From NCBI GenBank assembly GCA_963721375.1, contig CAVRIW010000009.1, positions 14,458 through 78,457 on the forward strand: a stretch of 64,000 bases of DNA, in the 5' to 3' direction. This stretch comes from an uncultured beta proteobacterium. GTDB taxonomy: Bacteria; Pseudomonadota; Gammaproteobacteria; Burkholderiales; Gallionellaceae. Position 1 is the stretch's first letter; each line of letters opens with the position of its first letter. This document shows, piece by piece, positions 35,512 through 47,108 of the stretch. The translations under genes were made by a program, and so were the position numbers. Under the pieces are notes generated by a model, which was not told the DNA's origin, made no database searches, and saw only the letters and a list, made by a program, of their open reading frames with translations.

Positions 35512-36679
35512 ATGAAACTCCGCGCCCTCTCTGTCCTGTTGCTCGCCTCTTTCGCCGCACCCAACGCGTCAGCGGAGCCGGCTTCGCGCGAGATGGAAGA
35601 GTCGCTGGCCAGAAGTTTGCAGGCGGTCGGCAACAATCGCCTCGACGTGGCGCTGAACGAAGTCGACTCGCTGCTCAAACTCAATCCCAATTTCAAACTG
35701 GCGCAACTGGTCAAGGGCGATCTGCTGCTGGCGCGTTCCCAGCAGATCAGCGATTTCGGCAATGCGCCCAATGCGCCGCGCGACCGCGTGCAGGATCTGC
35801 GCGAGGAAGCCAATGCCCGCTTGCAGCGCGTGCAACAGCAGCAGCCGATCGCCGTGCCGAAGTACCTGTGGCAACTGGATGCGCAACAGCACTACGCCAT
35901 CGTGGTGGATACCAGCAAATCCACGCTCTATCTGTATGAGAACGTGAACGGCGAACCGCGCTATGTCGCCGATTTCTACATCAGCGTGGGCAAAAAAGGG
36001 GCGGACAAGGTCGCTGAAGGCGACCAGAAGACCCCGCTCGGCGTGTACTTCGTCGACGACCATATCCCGCGCAACAAGCTCACCGATTTCTATGGCCCGG
36101 GCGCTTATCCCTTGAGCTATCCGAACGAGTGGGATAAACGGCAGGGACGCAATGGACACGGCATCTGGCTGCACGGCATGCCGATCCGACACCTACAGCC
36201 GCCCGCCGCGCGCCAGCAACGGCTGCGTGGTGCTCAACAATCAGGACTTGAACCAGCTTGGAAAGAATCTGCAAGTCGGTATCACGCCGGTCATCATCAC
36301 CAATCACATGGATTGGAGCGACGAGGCGGACCGCAGCGAGCGCGCTACGCTGTTGAAATCAGTAGAGCAGTGGCGCAGCGATTGGGAAAGCCGCGACACC
36401 GATAGCTACCTTTCGCATTACTCGCAGGAATTCACCAGCGGCAGCATGAAGCTGCCCGCATTCGCGCAGCAGAAGCGCCTGGTCAATTCCGGCAAGACCT
36501 GGATCAAGGTCAAGATGCTGAATGTCAGCGTCTTCCCCTACCCCAGCCAACCCGGCCTGGTGGTGGTCAATTTCGAGCAGGATTACGAGAGCAACAATCT
36601 TTCCAACCGCATGCACAAGCGCCAATACTGGATGAAACGGGACGGGCGCTGGCAGATCATTTATGAGGGTTCCGCATGA
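35512..36679 (+). CDS. L,D-transpeptidase/carboxypeptidase (YkuD; Csd6-like) with NTF2-like tail, frameshift ~36185
   Basis: [25 protein letters not shown] catalytic motif. Confidence 0.88.
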
Positions 36680-37260
36680 TGAAATCGATTCGCTTCATTT
36701 TTACAATTTTGTTGGCCGGACTTTGCATCCTGCCCGCGCACGCCGCTTCTTCAACTCAAGGAAAAACCAAGATGGTCAAACTCCACACCAACCACGGCAT
36801 CATCACTTTGCAACTCGACGCTGAAAAAGCACCGCTCACCGTGCAGAACTTTCTCGACTACGTGAACAGCGGCTTCTACAGCAACACCGTGTTCCACCGC
36901 GTGATCCCCAACTTCATGATCCAGGGCGGCGGCTTCGAGCCGGGCATGAAACAAAAGACAGTCAAGGCGCCGATCAAGAACGAAGCCGCCAACGGCCTGA
37001 AGAACGACACCTACACCATCGCCATGGCGCGCACCGGCGATCCTCATTCCGCCACCGCGCAGTTCTTCATCAACACCAAGAACAACAGCTTCCTCGACTA
37101 TCCCGGACAGGACGGCTGGGGCTATTGCGTGTTCGGCAAAGTGATCGAAGGCAAGGAAGTGGTCGACGCCATCGGCAAGGTGAAGACCGGCAACAGCGGC
37201 TTCCACCAGGACGTGCCGAAAGAAGACGTCATCATCACCAAAGCAGAAGTAGTGCAATAA
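36676..37260 (+). CDS. Cyclophilin-type peptidyl-prolyl isomerase
   Basis: [35 protein letters not shown]; upstream of lpxH. Confidence 0.95.
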   Translation: MMKSIRFIFTILLAGLCILPAHAASSTQGKTKMVKLHTNHGIITLQLDAEKAPLTVQNFLDYVNSGFYSNTVFHRVIPNFMIQGGGFEPGMKQKTVKAPIKNEAANGLKNDTYTIAMARTGDPHSATAQFFINTKNNSFLDYPGQDGWGYCVFGKVIEGKEVVDAIGKVKTGNSGFHQDVPKEDVIITKAEVVQ

Positions 37261-37261
37261 C

Positions 37262-37288
37262 AAAAAAACGGCGCTGAGGCGCCGTTTT
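37262..37288. terminator. Intrinsic terminator-like hairpin after the PPIase gene
   Basis: AAAACGGCGC-TGAG-GCGCCGTTTT. Confidence 0.7.
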
Positions 37289-37294
37289 GATTTC

Positions 37295-38027
37295 ATGCCT
37301 CATTCCCTATTCATCTCCGACCTGCATCTGAGCAGCGAGCATCCGCATAGCGCGGAACTGTTCCTGCGATTTGCGCCGACAACTGCACCGCAAGCCGAGG
37401 CGCTCTACATCCTGGGCGACCTGTTCGAGTATTGGGCGGGCGACGACGATCTCGACGAGCCGTTCCACCAGTCCATCTGCAACACGCTGCGCACGCTGGA
37501 CACACAAGGCACGCGCATCTTCATCATGCACGGCAACCGCGATTTTCTGATGGATGAAAAACTGGCCGCGGCCTGTCATGCCACGCTGTTGCCCGACCCG
37601 ACGCTGCTCGATCTGTATGGCACGCCCACCCTGCTCACCCACGGTGATGCGCTGTGCACCGACGATGCGGCCTACCAGCAGTTCCGCACGGGTGGTGCGC
37701 AACGCCGACTGGCGCACGCAATTCCTCGCGCAGCCGCTGGCACAGCGCAAAGCACAGATCGAACAACTGCGCGCACAGAGCGAGCAATCCAAGCGCATCA
37801 AGGCCATGGACATCATGGATGTGAACCGCGAAGCGGTGAACGAGTTGCTGCGCCAACACCACTACCCGCGCCTCATCCACGGCCACACCCACCGTCCCGC
37901 GAAACATCTGCATCATCTGGACGGACACAGCTGCGAACGCTGGGTGCTGGGCGATTGGGACAGCAAAGCAAATGCGCTGCGTTGCGACAGCAGCGGCATC
38001 AGGTGGGAAGCCATCGCTGATGACTGA
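37295..38027 (+). CDS. lpxH: UDP-2,3-diacylglucosamine hydrolase, frameshift ~37690
   Basis: ISDLHL, LGDLFEYWAGDD, HGNRDFL, HGD, IHGHTHRP, VLGDW. Confidence 0.95.
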
Positions 38028-38043
38028 GCGACGAGCAGTAATG

Positions 38044-38439
38044 TCAGGGCGTGAGCAGCGTTTTTAACGCAAGCAGATCGCGCCCCACCCATTCTGCGTC
38101 AGCCTCGAATCGTTCGTCGGACATGCCCGGTTGCCGGAACAAGGTCAGCTGCACCTCGGCCCCGTCGCCGTTCTGGATTATCCTGAGCGGGACATAGATC
38201 TCCGGCCCATCCCCTGCTTTCACGTAGTGATCCATGACGCCAAATGCGTTGTGCGGCGTGAACCTGATCGTGATCTGACCTTCAGGCCCCTTTGCCTTCC
38301 ACACGTCCCCGTCCTTGGCGAGCCCGGCCTGGCTGAGACCGGAAGCCCACTTCGGGAAGTCTTCAGGCCTCCAGATAGCCTCATAAGCCTCGTTCCAGTT
38401 ACGGCTGATCGAGATGCTCATCACGCGTGATTCCATCAT
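38044..38439 (-). CDS. SRPBCC/polyketide cyclase family protein
   Basis: PEDFPKWASGL, IRFTPHNAFGVMDH, DAEWVGRDL. Confidence 0.75.
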   Translation of the reverse strand: MMESRVMSISISRNWNEAYEAIWRPEDFPKWASGLSQAGLAKDGDVWKAKGPEGQITIRFTPHNAFGVMDHYVKAGDGPEIYVPLRIIQNGDGAEVQLTLFRQPGMSDERFEADAEWVGRDLLALKTLLTP

Positions 38440-38490
38440 GGCGTCCTCCGTTCAAGTGCGTTTGATGTCACACAGCGGGAAAACCGGAAG

Positions 38491-38850
38491 CTATTTCTTG
38501 GCCAGCCTCTGCTCGAATTTGACCAGCTCGGTTATTTCCGCCTGGTGCAGCCCCTTGGGGTCGTTGGGAGTCATGGGTACGGGTCCCCAGTTGCCGGAGC
38601 CACCGTTGGATATCTTCATCACCAGCCCCTCGATCAGCGGGTATTCCTTGCCGTTGTACTTGAATTTCTTGATGCCATGCCCCGTGTACCTTTCGGCTAC
38701 ATCCTTCCAGGCAGGGCCGATGATCTTCTTGTCGATGGCATGACACGCGGTGCAGCCGAGCTTCTTTGCCGCAGCCGGCATGTCTGCGGCCATGGCGGGC
38801 ATCATCAACGTCAGGGTGGCAGTCACGGCTAGAGTCACAGGCTTCATCAT
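38491..38850 (-). CDS. Monoheme cytochrome c551/c552
   Basis: Signal peptide; CTACH; IGPAWKDVA; GSGNWGPVPM. Confidence 0.92.
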   Translation of the reverse strand: MMKPVTLAVTATLTLMMPAMAADMPAAAKKLGCTACHAIDKKIIGPAWKDVAERYTGHGIKKFKYNGKEYPLIEGLVMKISNGGSGNWGPVPMTPNDPKGLHQAEITELVKFEQRLAKK

Positions 38851-38968
38851 CTTCTCCTTCGCAGCGATACACCAAGGCAGCCGGACGAAATGACCGGAGC
38901 CGTATGTTCCACTACCGGCGAGAAAAATCGAATGGGGTATTGACCGTAGGCGGTCAGCGTTACAGCAA

Positions 38969-39640
38969 CTAGCGCTTGCCGCTACACAAGCTCTCGCAGG
39001 GCACACCGTCCTTGTTCCGGTCCAGCGTATGCACGCCGCAGTGCGTGAGATAGAACTTCGCTTCGTCGCAAGAGCTCATCTGCGAGCAGAGGCGCTTCTT
39101 GTCGCACGCCGCGTCGTACATCACCTTCGGCGCAGCCGGGGCGGAAGCGCTGTGTTGCTGGGATAGCGGGGGAAGCTTCATCGAGGGATGAAGTTTGCGC
39201 CACTCCCACGGCGCCTGCTGGGTACCCTGCGCCCACAGTCCGCGCTGCGAGCGTTGCGCATCGCTTTGCAGGCCGATGTAGGTCTTGTCGGTGTGGTAGT
39301 GCGAGTATTCCCATGCCATGCCGCGCTGCAATTGTTCCTGGTTGACGTTGCGTCCGTCCACCGAGATCAGGCCGACGATGCGCCCGTATTGATCGACGGC
39401 CTGGCTGTCGATCTGCACGGTTCTCTTTCCCACCATCTCCTGCAGGGAGTCGCGCGCCTGCTTGCCGAAGGTCTGGTCTTTTTCCGGCGCGTCGATGTTG
39501 GCCATGCGCACTTTGATCTTCTGGTCGCCGCGCAGCACCATGACGGTGTCGCCGTCCATCACCATGATGACTTTGGCGCTGAAGGTTTCGGCTTGTACGC
39601 TCAACGCAATGCCACAGAGCAATGCGATGAGCGCTCTCAT
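38969..39640 (-). CDS. Thermonuclease (SNase) with C-terminal excalibur Ca-binding domain
   Basis: DGDT, RMANIDAPE, DQYGR, GLW; CSQMSSCDEA..LDRNKDGVPCESLC. Confidence 0.9.
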   Translation of the reverse strand: MRALIALLCGIALSVQAETFSAKVIMVMDGDTVMVLRGDQKIKVRMANIDAPEKDQTFGKQARDSLQEMVGKRTVQIDSQAVDQYGRIVGLISVDGRNVNQEQLQRGMAWEYSHYHTDKTYIGLQSDAQRSQRGLWAQGTQQAPWEWRKLHPSMKLPPLSQQHSASAPAAPKVMYDAACDKKRLCSQMSSCDEAKFYLTHCGVHTLDRNKDGVPCESLCSGKR

Positions 39641-40143
39641 AGCAGGATGCTCTTGATGAAGGCGATGCACAGCAGCGTGTAGCCCGCCGCGAGGATGTCG
39701 TCGAACATCACGCCCAGGCCGCCGTGCCAATGCGAGTCGAAATGGCGGATGGGTTGCGGCTTGACGATGTCGAAGAAGCGGAACAGCGAGAACGCCAGCA
39801 GCTGCCACACCAGGCCTTCGGGCGTGAAGAACAGCACCAGCAGGAAGGCGACGATCTCGTCCCACACGATGCCGCCGTAATCCGCCACGCCCAGCGCCTT
39901 GCCGGTCTTGTCGCACACCCACACGCCGATGGCGAACGCCCAGATCAGCACCAGGATGAACATCGCATCGGTCAGACGCGGCGCGAGGTACCAGTACATG
40001 GGGAAGGCGACCAGCGTGCCCGCGGTGCCGGGCGAACGCGGGAACAGACCGGCACCGAAGCCGAAGGAAAGAAAATGCGCCGGATGGCTGAACAGGAAGC
40101 GCCAGCCCGGCTGGATTTTCAATTCATCATGCGAAGTGGTCAT
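39637..40143 (-). CDS. pgpA: Phosphatidylglycerophosphatase A
   Basis: PGTAGT, IVWDEI, FRFFDIVKP, GVMFDDILAA. Confidence 0.95.
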   Translation of the reverse strand: MTTSHDELKIQPGWRFLFSHPAHFLSFGFGAGLFPRSPGTAGTLVAFPMYWYLAPRLTDAMFILVLIWAFAIGVWVCDKTGKALGVADYGGIVWDEIVAFLLVLFFTPEGLVWQLLAFSLFRFFDIVKPQPIRHFDSHWHGGLGVMFDDILAAGYTLLCIAFIKSILL

Positions 40144-41093
40144 AACCGCCTTTCTCTATCTTCATCACACTGCCATTCTCTGCACGCACCTTGCAGCCGC
40201 TGCCCGGACACGATTATTGCCAATGCGCGTCAGCGGCAGATGCAAACGGATCGCCAGCACTTCGATCTCGTCGCGCATGTGCAACCGGCGCGGTGAAACA
40301 CAATTCGTAATCATCGCCACCGGACAGCACACACCGCTTGCACCAGTTCGGCTCATCGTCATCTCCGCTGGACGCGAATAGCGGCGACACCGGCAGCCTG
40401 TCATAGCGAACCTCGGCCGCGACATTGGAACATTCCAGGATGTGGCCGAGATCGGCCAGCAGCCCGTCCGATATGTCGATGGCACTGTTGGCGATTCCGC
40501 GCAATGCCAGCCCCAACGCCACGCGCGGCTGCGGTTGATGCAGGGCTGCAAGGCAGGAAATGCGGGGCTCTTCAGGCAGCTCGATTTCACTTTGCAGATG
40601 CGCCAAGCCCAGTGCTGCTTCGCCCAGGGTGCCGGACACCCAGATGTCATCGCCGATTTGCGCACCGCTGCGGCGCAGCGCTTTACCGCGCGGCACTTCG
40701 CCCATGATGGTGACGCACAGATTGAGCGGGCCGCGTGTGGTGTCGCCGCCGATGAGTTCGACTTCGTGTTCATCGGCCAAAGCAAAGAAGCCCGCGCTGA
40801 ATTGTTGCAGCCAGTTCTCATTCGCCTCCGGCAACGACAGCGACAGCGTCGCCCAGCGCGGTGTTGCGCCCATCGCCGCCATGTCGGAAAGGTTCACTGC
40901 CAGCGTTTTGTACCCCAGCAGGAATGGATCGGCATCGGGAAAGAAATGGGTGCCGCTCACCAGCATGTCGGTGGAAACCGCCAGCTCCATGCCTTCGGCG
41001 ACACGCAGCAGTGCGGCATCGTCGCCCACGCCCAATATTGCGCTCGGAGGTGGGACGGGTGAAGTAACGTTGGATGAGATCGAATTCAGACAT
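40127..41093 (-). CDS. thiL: Thiamine-monophosphate kinase (several frameshifts)
   Basis: MSEFDLIQRYF, GVGDDAA, NLSDMAAMGA, GGDT, DISDGL, GDDYELCF, GYDHF stop. Confidence 0.93.
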
Positions 41094-41119
41094 GCTTACC
41101 AACTCGCAAAATGCAGACT

Positions 41120-41193
41120 AGCCACGGATGAACACCGATCAACGCGGATGATGCGCCGGTTTTATCTGAGAGCATCCGTGTTCATCCGTGGCT
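41120..41193. repeat. Intergenic palindrome built of ACGGATGAAC-like decamers
   Basis: Perfect 16-bp IR AGCCACGGATGAACAC (41120-35 / 41178-93). Confidence 0.8.
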
Positions 41194-41195
41194 GA

Positions 41196-41648
41196 TTATT
41201 TAGCCGCGACCTCGACCGCGCGCACCTTGGCTGCCAGCTTGTCCAGCACGCCGTTGACGAACTTGTGTCCGTCGCTGCCGCCGAAGGTCTTGGCCAGTTC
41301 CACCGCTTCGTTGATGACCACGCGATAGGGCACTTCGGGATGCTGGGTCAATTCGTACGCGCCCAGCAGCAACACGGAATATTCGACCGGGCTCAATTCG
41401 TGCACGGCGCGATCCAGATGCGGTGCGATCTGCGCGGCCAGTTCCTCGTTCCCGGCGATCACGCCGCGCAACAGTTGACTGAACAATTCGGTGTCGTAAC
41501 GCCCCAGGCTTTTTTCAGCACGAGTGTCTCTTTCGATCAGCGCGGCACTCTTGCCGGACAGACGCCACTCGTAGATGCCCTGCATCGCCAGCTCGCGCGC
41601 ACGATGGCGCAGGCTCTTGGCCGGGGTCGGACTCTTGTTTTCGTTCAT
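41196..41648 (-). CDS. nusB: Transcription antitermination factor NusB
   Basis: [34 protein letters not shown]. Confidence 0.96.
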   Translation of the reverse strand: MNENKSPTPAKSLRHRARELAMQGIYEWRLSGKSAALIERDTRAEKSLGRYDTELFSQLLRGVIAGNEELAAQIAPHLDRAVHELSPVEYSVLLLGAYELTQHPEVPYRVVINEAVELAKTFGGSDGHKFVNGVLDKLAAKVRAVEVAAK

Positions 41649-42097
41649 GCAACTTCCTTTAATAGATTCACCATCTCGATGGCGACCAGCGCCGCTTCCG
41701 CACCCTTCACGTTCATGCGCACTTCGGCCTGTTCGTCGGTGTCGGTGGTGAGGATGGCATTGGCGATGGGCACGCCGCTGTGCAATTGCACCTCGCCCAC
41801 GCCGCGCGCCGATTCGTTGGAGACGACTTCGAAGTGATAGGTGTCGCCACGGATCACCGCACCCAAGGCGATCGAGCGCGTCGAATTTCCTGCTCTGCGC
41901 CATCGCCTGCAACACCAGCGGGATCTCCAGCGCGCCCGGCACGGTGGCCAGCGTGATGTCGTTCTCGCTCACGCCGCTTTGCACCAGCTGCGCGCGGCAC
42001 GCGGCCAGCAACCCTTCGCACACCGGAGTGTTGAAGCGGCTCTGCACGATGCCGATGCGCATGCCGCGCCGTTCAGGTTCTTTTCGATCTCTTTCAT
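41645..42097 (-). CDS. ribH: Lumazine synthase (two frameshifts)
   Basis: [29 protein letters not shown]. Confidence 0.93.
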
Positions 42098-43199
42098 TTC
42101 ATATCCTTGCTTTGACAGTAACGCACTACTTCCAGACCGAAGCCGGTCATGCTGGGCAGTTTGCGCGGGGTGGCGATGAGGCACATCTTGCCGACATTGA
42201 GGTCGCGCAGGATCTGCGCGCCGATGCCGTAGTTGCGCGGGTCCCATTGCGCGTGCTGTGCTTCGGGCTTCGCGGCGGCGCGCGCCAGCAGGTCGGCGCG
42301 AGGTCTCGGCGTGGTGCATCAGCACCAGCACACCCGCCGCAGACGCGCGCTGATCTTCTTCAGCGCATCGTGCACGCTGGTGCTGTTGGGCAGGCTGACC
42401 TGCTCCAGGAAATCCAGCACGGACAGCGGCTCATGCACGCGCACCAGCGTCTCGGTCTGCGGCTGGATGTCGCCTTTCACCAGCGCCAGGTGGGTGCGAT
42501 GCGTAGCTCTTGTCGGTATAGGTCACCAGATCGAGTTCGCCATAAGCGGTCTGCACCGTGCGCTGTGCCACGCGCTCGACCAGCGTCTCGTTGTGGCTGC
42601 GATATTCGATCAGGTCGGCGATGGTGCCGATCTTCAGACCATGCTGTTTGGCGAACGGGATCAGGTCCGGCAGGCGCGCCATCTCGCCGTCGTCCTTCAG
42701 GATCTCGCAGATCACCGAGGCGGGTGTCAGCCCGGCCAGCTGCGCCAGATCGCAACCGGCCTCGGTGTGGCCGGCACGCACCAGCACGCCGCCGTTCTGC
42801 GCGCGCAAGCGGAAAGATGTGGCCGGGCTGCACGATGTCGGCAGGCTTGGCATTCTTGTCCGCCGCGACCTGGATGGTGCGCGCACGGTCGGCCGCCGAG
42901 ATGCCGGTGGTCACGCCGGTCGCCGCCTCGATGGAAACGGTGAAATTGGTCGCCAGCGACAGGCCGTTGTCGCGCACCATCAGCGGCAGATTGAGCTGCT
43001 GGCAATGCGCCTGCGTCAGCGTCAGGCAGATCAGCCCGCGCCCGTGCTTGGCCATGAAGTTGATCATCTCCGGCGTGGCGAATTCGGCGGCGAACAGCAG
43101 GTCGCCTTCGTTCTCGCGGTCTTCTTCGTCCACCAGCACGACCATGCGCCCGGCGCGAATCTCGGCGATGATTTCGGTTATGGGTGCGATGTCTGTCAT
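42094..43199 (-). CDS. ribB: DHBP synthase fused to GTP cyclohydrolase II-like domain (several frameshifts)
   Basis: [31 protein letters not shown]; C-terminal GFGLEV; ATGA overlap with ribH. Confidence 0.9.
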
Positions 43200-43382
43200 G
43201 TGGGCTCTGTTGGGTTTTCGCTCTAGCGCGGGGTGCGGATTTTAGCATCATCGGCAATAAACCTCGCCTCCTCATCTGGAACCCGTGAACGAGGCCTGCC
43301 GGGTAGTACGCAATACGCCTCAATCACACCGTGTTGCAGCGATACCCCCTATAATTCGCGCATCAATCTTCGCACCCACACC

Positions 43383-46300
43383 ATGCAGCGCATCAACCTT
43401 TCAAAATGGGCAATCCGCAACCAGGCCATGGTGCTCTACCTGCTGCTGGCCTTGCTCATCTCGGGTGCCATCGCCTATCTGGAGTTGCCGCAGAACGAAG
43501 ACCCCGAATTCACCTTCAAGGTCATGACCGTGAAAGTGCTGTGGCCGGGTGCGACCGCGCGCGAAGTGGAACAGCAGGTCACCGACCGCATCGAGCGCAT
43601 GCTGCAGGAGACCCCCTGGCTGGACAACGTCGCCAGCGCCTCCAAGCCGGGCGAGGCGGTCATCTTCGTCACGCTCAAGGATGGCATGCCGCGCGCCGAA
43701 CTGGGCCACGCCTGGGCGACGGTGCGCAAGAAACTGGCCGACATGCGCCGCTCGCTGCCGGAGGATGCCGGCAGACCCATCATCAACGATGAGTTCGGCG
43801 ACACCTATGGCTCCATCTACGCCTTCACCTCGGACGTGCTGAGTCCGGCCGAATTGCAACGCGAAGCCAGTTATGCCCGGCAGGAACTGCTCAAGATAGC
43901 CAGCGTGGACAAAGTGGACCTGCTCGGCGAGCAGGAAGAAAAGATCTACATCGAATTCGACAGCAACAAGATCGCCGCCTTCGGCATCGACCCGCTCAAG
44001 ATCGCCACCATCCTCAAGGCGCAAAATGCCATGGAACCGGCCGGCGAGATCGTCACCCACTATGACATCGCCAGATTGCGCGTCAGCGGCGACTTCCACT
44101 CGGTCAAGAGCATCCAGGACATCGGCATCCCTGCCGCACATGGCAAGACGCTACCGCCTGGGTGACATCAGCCGCGTCTATCGCGGCTATGAAGATCCGG
44201 CACGCTTCAAGATGAAATACCAGGGCAAGGAGGCGGTCGGGCTGGCCATCTCCATGACCAAGAACGGCAACGTGATCGAACTGGGCAAAGGTCTGGATAA
44301 AACCATCGCCGACATTCGCGCACATCTGCCGCAAGGCGTGGAAATCCACCAGGTCGCCGACCAGCCCAAGGTGGTCAAGCAAGCCATCAACCAGTTCATG
44401 AGGTCGCTGCTGGAAGCGCTGCTCATCGTGCTCGCCATCAGCTTCGTCAGCCTCGGCTGGCGCGCAGGCATGGTGGTCGCGCTGTCCATCCCGGTGGTGA
44501 TGGCTGGCACCTTCCTGCTGATGAAGCTGCTCGGCATCGACTTGCAGCGCGTCTCCGTCGGCGCACTGATCATCGCCATCGGCCTCCTGGTGGACGACGC
44601 CATGATCGCCGTGGAGATGATGAAGGTGAAGCTGGGACAGGGCTGGAACAAGGCCAGCGCCGTCGTGTTCGCCTACTCCAGCACCGCTTTCCCCATGCTC
44701 ACCGGCACCCTGATCACCGCTGCCGCCTTCCTGCCGGTGGGACTGGCCAAATCTTCGGCGGGCGAATACACCATCTCGATCTGCATCGTGGTCACCCTGT
44801 CGCTGCTGGTCTCCTGGATCGTCGCGGTCATCTTCACCCCCTTCATCGGCTACCGGCTGCTGCATGAACATCGCCACAGCGTCGAGCCGCTCTATCAGAA
44901 CTGGTTCTACATCCGATTCCGGAAACTGGTGATCGCCTGCATCGAACATCGCAAGCTGGTGATCGGCTCTACCCTGTTGCTGTTCACGCTGTCGTTGTTG
45001 GGATTCAGCAAGGTCGAACAGCAGTTCTTCCCGCCTTCGGAGCGTACCGAGCTATTGGTGGATGTGTGGCTGCCGGAAGGTACGCGCGTTCTCCATGACC
45101 GAAGGCGTGACGCAGGAGATCGAACGCCGACTGCAGGATGATCCGAACGTGGTGCGATACACCAGTTACATCGGCGGCAGCACCCCGCGTTTCTACCTGC
45201 CGCTCGACCTGCAACTGCCCGCGCCGAATTACGCGCAGATCGTCATCACCACACGCGATCTCGATGCAAGAGAAGCGGAACTGAAGAAATTGCGCAAGCT
45301 GCTGGATACGGAATATGCCGACTTCGGCATCCGCGTGTCGCGCCTGGAGAACGGCCCGCCCGTCGGTTACCCGGTGCAGTTCCGCATCGTCGGCAAGGAA
45401 CTGGACAAGGTACGCGAGATCGCCGATCAGGTGCTGCAGGTGGTCAAGGAGAACCCGCACACCAAGAACGTCAGCCAGGACTCCAACGAACCGATCAAGA
45501 CCGTCAACATCGAGCTCGACCAGGGCAAGGCACGTGCCCTCGGCATCTCGTCGCAGGCACTCTCGCGCTACCTGCAGATGCTGCATTCCGGCATCACCGT
45601 GACCCATTACCGCGAAGCCGATAAACGCATCGAGGTCGTCATGCGCGCGGAAGAAGATGACCGGCGCAGCGAGGAATTCCTCAAGCATGTCCGCATCCAC
45701 ACTGCCAGCGGGAAATTCGTGGCGCTCTCCGACATCGCCACGCTGAGCGAACGCACCGAAGAAGGCATCGTCTGGCGCCTGAACATGATGCCGGTGGTCA
45801 CCGTGCGTGCCGATGTGCCGGACAATGTCCAGGCGCCCGAGGTCAGCCATGCTATCGAGCAGAAGCTCGATAGCATCCGTGCGCAATTGCCCAACGGCTA
45901 TCGCATCGAAACCGGCGGCTCGGAAGAAGACAGCGACAAGGCGACCGACTCCATCATCACCGTCCTGCCGTTGATGTGCTTCATCATCCTCACCCTGCTG
46001 ATGTGGCAGTTGCGGCGCTTCAAACTCGTGGCACTGGTGCTGCTCACTGCCCCGCTCGGCCTGATCGGCGTGACCGCAGTGTTACTCGGCTTCCATGTGG
46101 CGTTCGGCTTCGTCGCCATGCTCGGCATGATCTCGCTGGCCGGCATCATCATGCGCAACTCGGTGATCCTGGTCGATCAGATCGAACAGGATATCAAGCT
46201 GGGATTGTCGCGCTACGACGCCATCATCGATTCCACCGTGCGCCGCGCGCGCCCCATCATGCTCACCGCCGCCGCCGCGATGCTCGCCATGATCCCGCTG

Positions 46301-46453
46301 ACGCGCAGCGTGTTCTGGGGGCCGATGGCCATGGTCATCATGGGCGGCCTGTTCGTCGCCACCTTGCTCACGCTGCTGTTCTTGCCTGCGCTGTATGCGG
46401 CGTGGTTCAGGGTGGAGGTAGAGGTGAAAGCGGAAGAAACAGCGCAAGGCTAA
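43383..46453 (+). CDS. AcrB/AcrD/AcrF-family RND efflux permease (frameshifts ~44150, ~45085)
   Basis: GATAREVEQQVT, GLLVDDAMIAVE, RARPIMLT; about 1020 codons. Confidence 0.92.
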
Positions 46454-46466
46454 TCGTCATGAACCG

Positions 46467-46503
46467 GTCGCGCCGGCTGAAGACACCGGCCGCGACGCCT
46501 TTT
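46467..46503 (+). terminator. Possible terminator between convergent RND and riboflavin synthase genes
   Basis: GTCGCGCCGG..CCGGCCGCGAC imperfect stem followed by GCCTTTT. Confidence 0.4.
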
Positions 46504-46513
46504 GATTCCGTGT

Positions 46514-47108
46514 TCAGCTTCCCGCTTGCATCATGCGCTCGACATAGCGCGCGATGAGGTCGATCTCCAGATTCACCGGTGCACCGGCCTTCAATTCGTT
46601 CAGCGTGGTCACTTGCAGCGTGTGCGGGATCAGGTTCACCTCGAACTCGCTGCCCGCCACCTGGTTCACCGTCAGGCTCACACCGTTGATGGTGATGGAA
46701 CCTTTCATGGCGATGTACTTGGACAGTGCTTGCGGGGCGCGTACTACCAGGCGCCAGCTTTCGCCGATGTCGTTGAACGCGACCACTTCGCCCACGCCGT
46801 CCACATGACCGCTGACCAGATGCCCGCCCAAGCCGGTCCGACAGACGCAGTGCCTTCTCCAGATTGACGCGTGCGCCCTGTTTCCCAAGACCGGTGGTGC
46901 AGTTCAGCGTCTCGCGCGAGACTTCCACGGTGAAGTCGTTGCCGTCGAGCTTCACCACGGTGAGGCAGACGCCGTTCACCGCGATGCTGTCGCCGAGTTG
47001 CACGTCGTCCATGCCGAGCACCTTGGTCGCCACGGTCAGGCGCAAGCCGCCTTCTCTGTCCTGTGCCGATTTGATCAGGCCGACATCGGCCATGATTCCA
47101 CTAAACAT
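46514..47108 (-). CDS. ribE: Riboflavin synthase (frameshift ~46830)
   Basis: MFSGI, GDSIAVNGVCLT, GGHLVSGHVDG, KGSITINGVSLT, VNLEID. Confidence 0.95.

Noticed and set aside
43200-43382. FMN riboswitch upstream of ribB
   Set aside because: The conserved RFN sequence blocks were not seen.
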